Source of the DNA: an uncultured Isosphaeraceae bacterium
Lineage (GTDB): Bacteria > Planctomycetota > Phycisphaerae > Phycisphaerales > SM1A02
DNA length: 25,791 nt
Direction: 5' to 3'
Assembly: GCA_964412415.1 (NCBI GenBank)
Contig: CAYPOZ010000007.1
Span: 5,984 to 31,774 of the forward strand
A program made the position numbers and the translations under genes. Position 1 is the stretch's first letter; every line of letters begins with the position of its first letter. Shown here piece by piece: positions 25,791 to 25,791 of the stretch. Below the pieces are notes generated by a model that ran no database searches, was not told the origin of the DNA, and worked only from the letters and a program-made list of their open reading frames with translations.

Positions 25791-25791
25791 C

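Noticed and set aside
1-25791. CRISPR array, IS element, prophage or rRNA
   Set aside because: I saw no regularly spaced direct repeats, transposase/integrase motifs, phage genes or rRNA-like sequence; the window is almost fully covered by the listed genes.

Overview
A high-GC bacterial chromosomal window, mostly housekeeping genes. The gene set looks Planctomycetota/Phycisphaerae-like (inference from the Ser/Thr kinase tail, the squalene-hopene cyclase and the split dcw cluster; no database search was run). In order: murF-mraY (+), thioredoxin-like protein (-), mutS (-), tRNA-Ala(CGC) with promoter and terminator (+), His-rich ZIP transporter overlapping trpG/pabA (+), small hypothetical (+), beta-repeat membrane protein (-), Gfo/Idh/MocA oxidoreductase (+), shc (+), UrtA/AmiC-like binding protein coupled to a WspA-like Cache chemoreceptor (+), rluA (-), frameshifted TolB/PD40 lipoprotein, nadB and a lipoprotein (+), then on the - strand a Ser/Thr kinase C-terminus, a membrane protein, a B12-binding/MeaB fusion and prpD. 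I found no mobile element, CRISPR array or rRNA. Best leads: (1) an orphan urea/amide-binding protein plus WspA-type receptor, a possible sensory module; (2) an IcmF-like B12-domain/MeaB fusion lacking the mutase, next to prpD; (3) a recurrent TANNNT box 6-8 nt before ATG, suggesting leaderless translation; (4) a frameshifting internal deletion in the PD40 gene; (5) a 14-repeat beta-solenoid-like protein.
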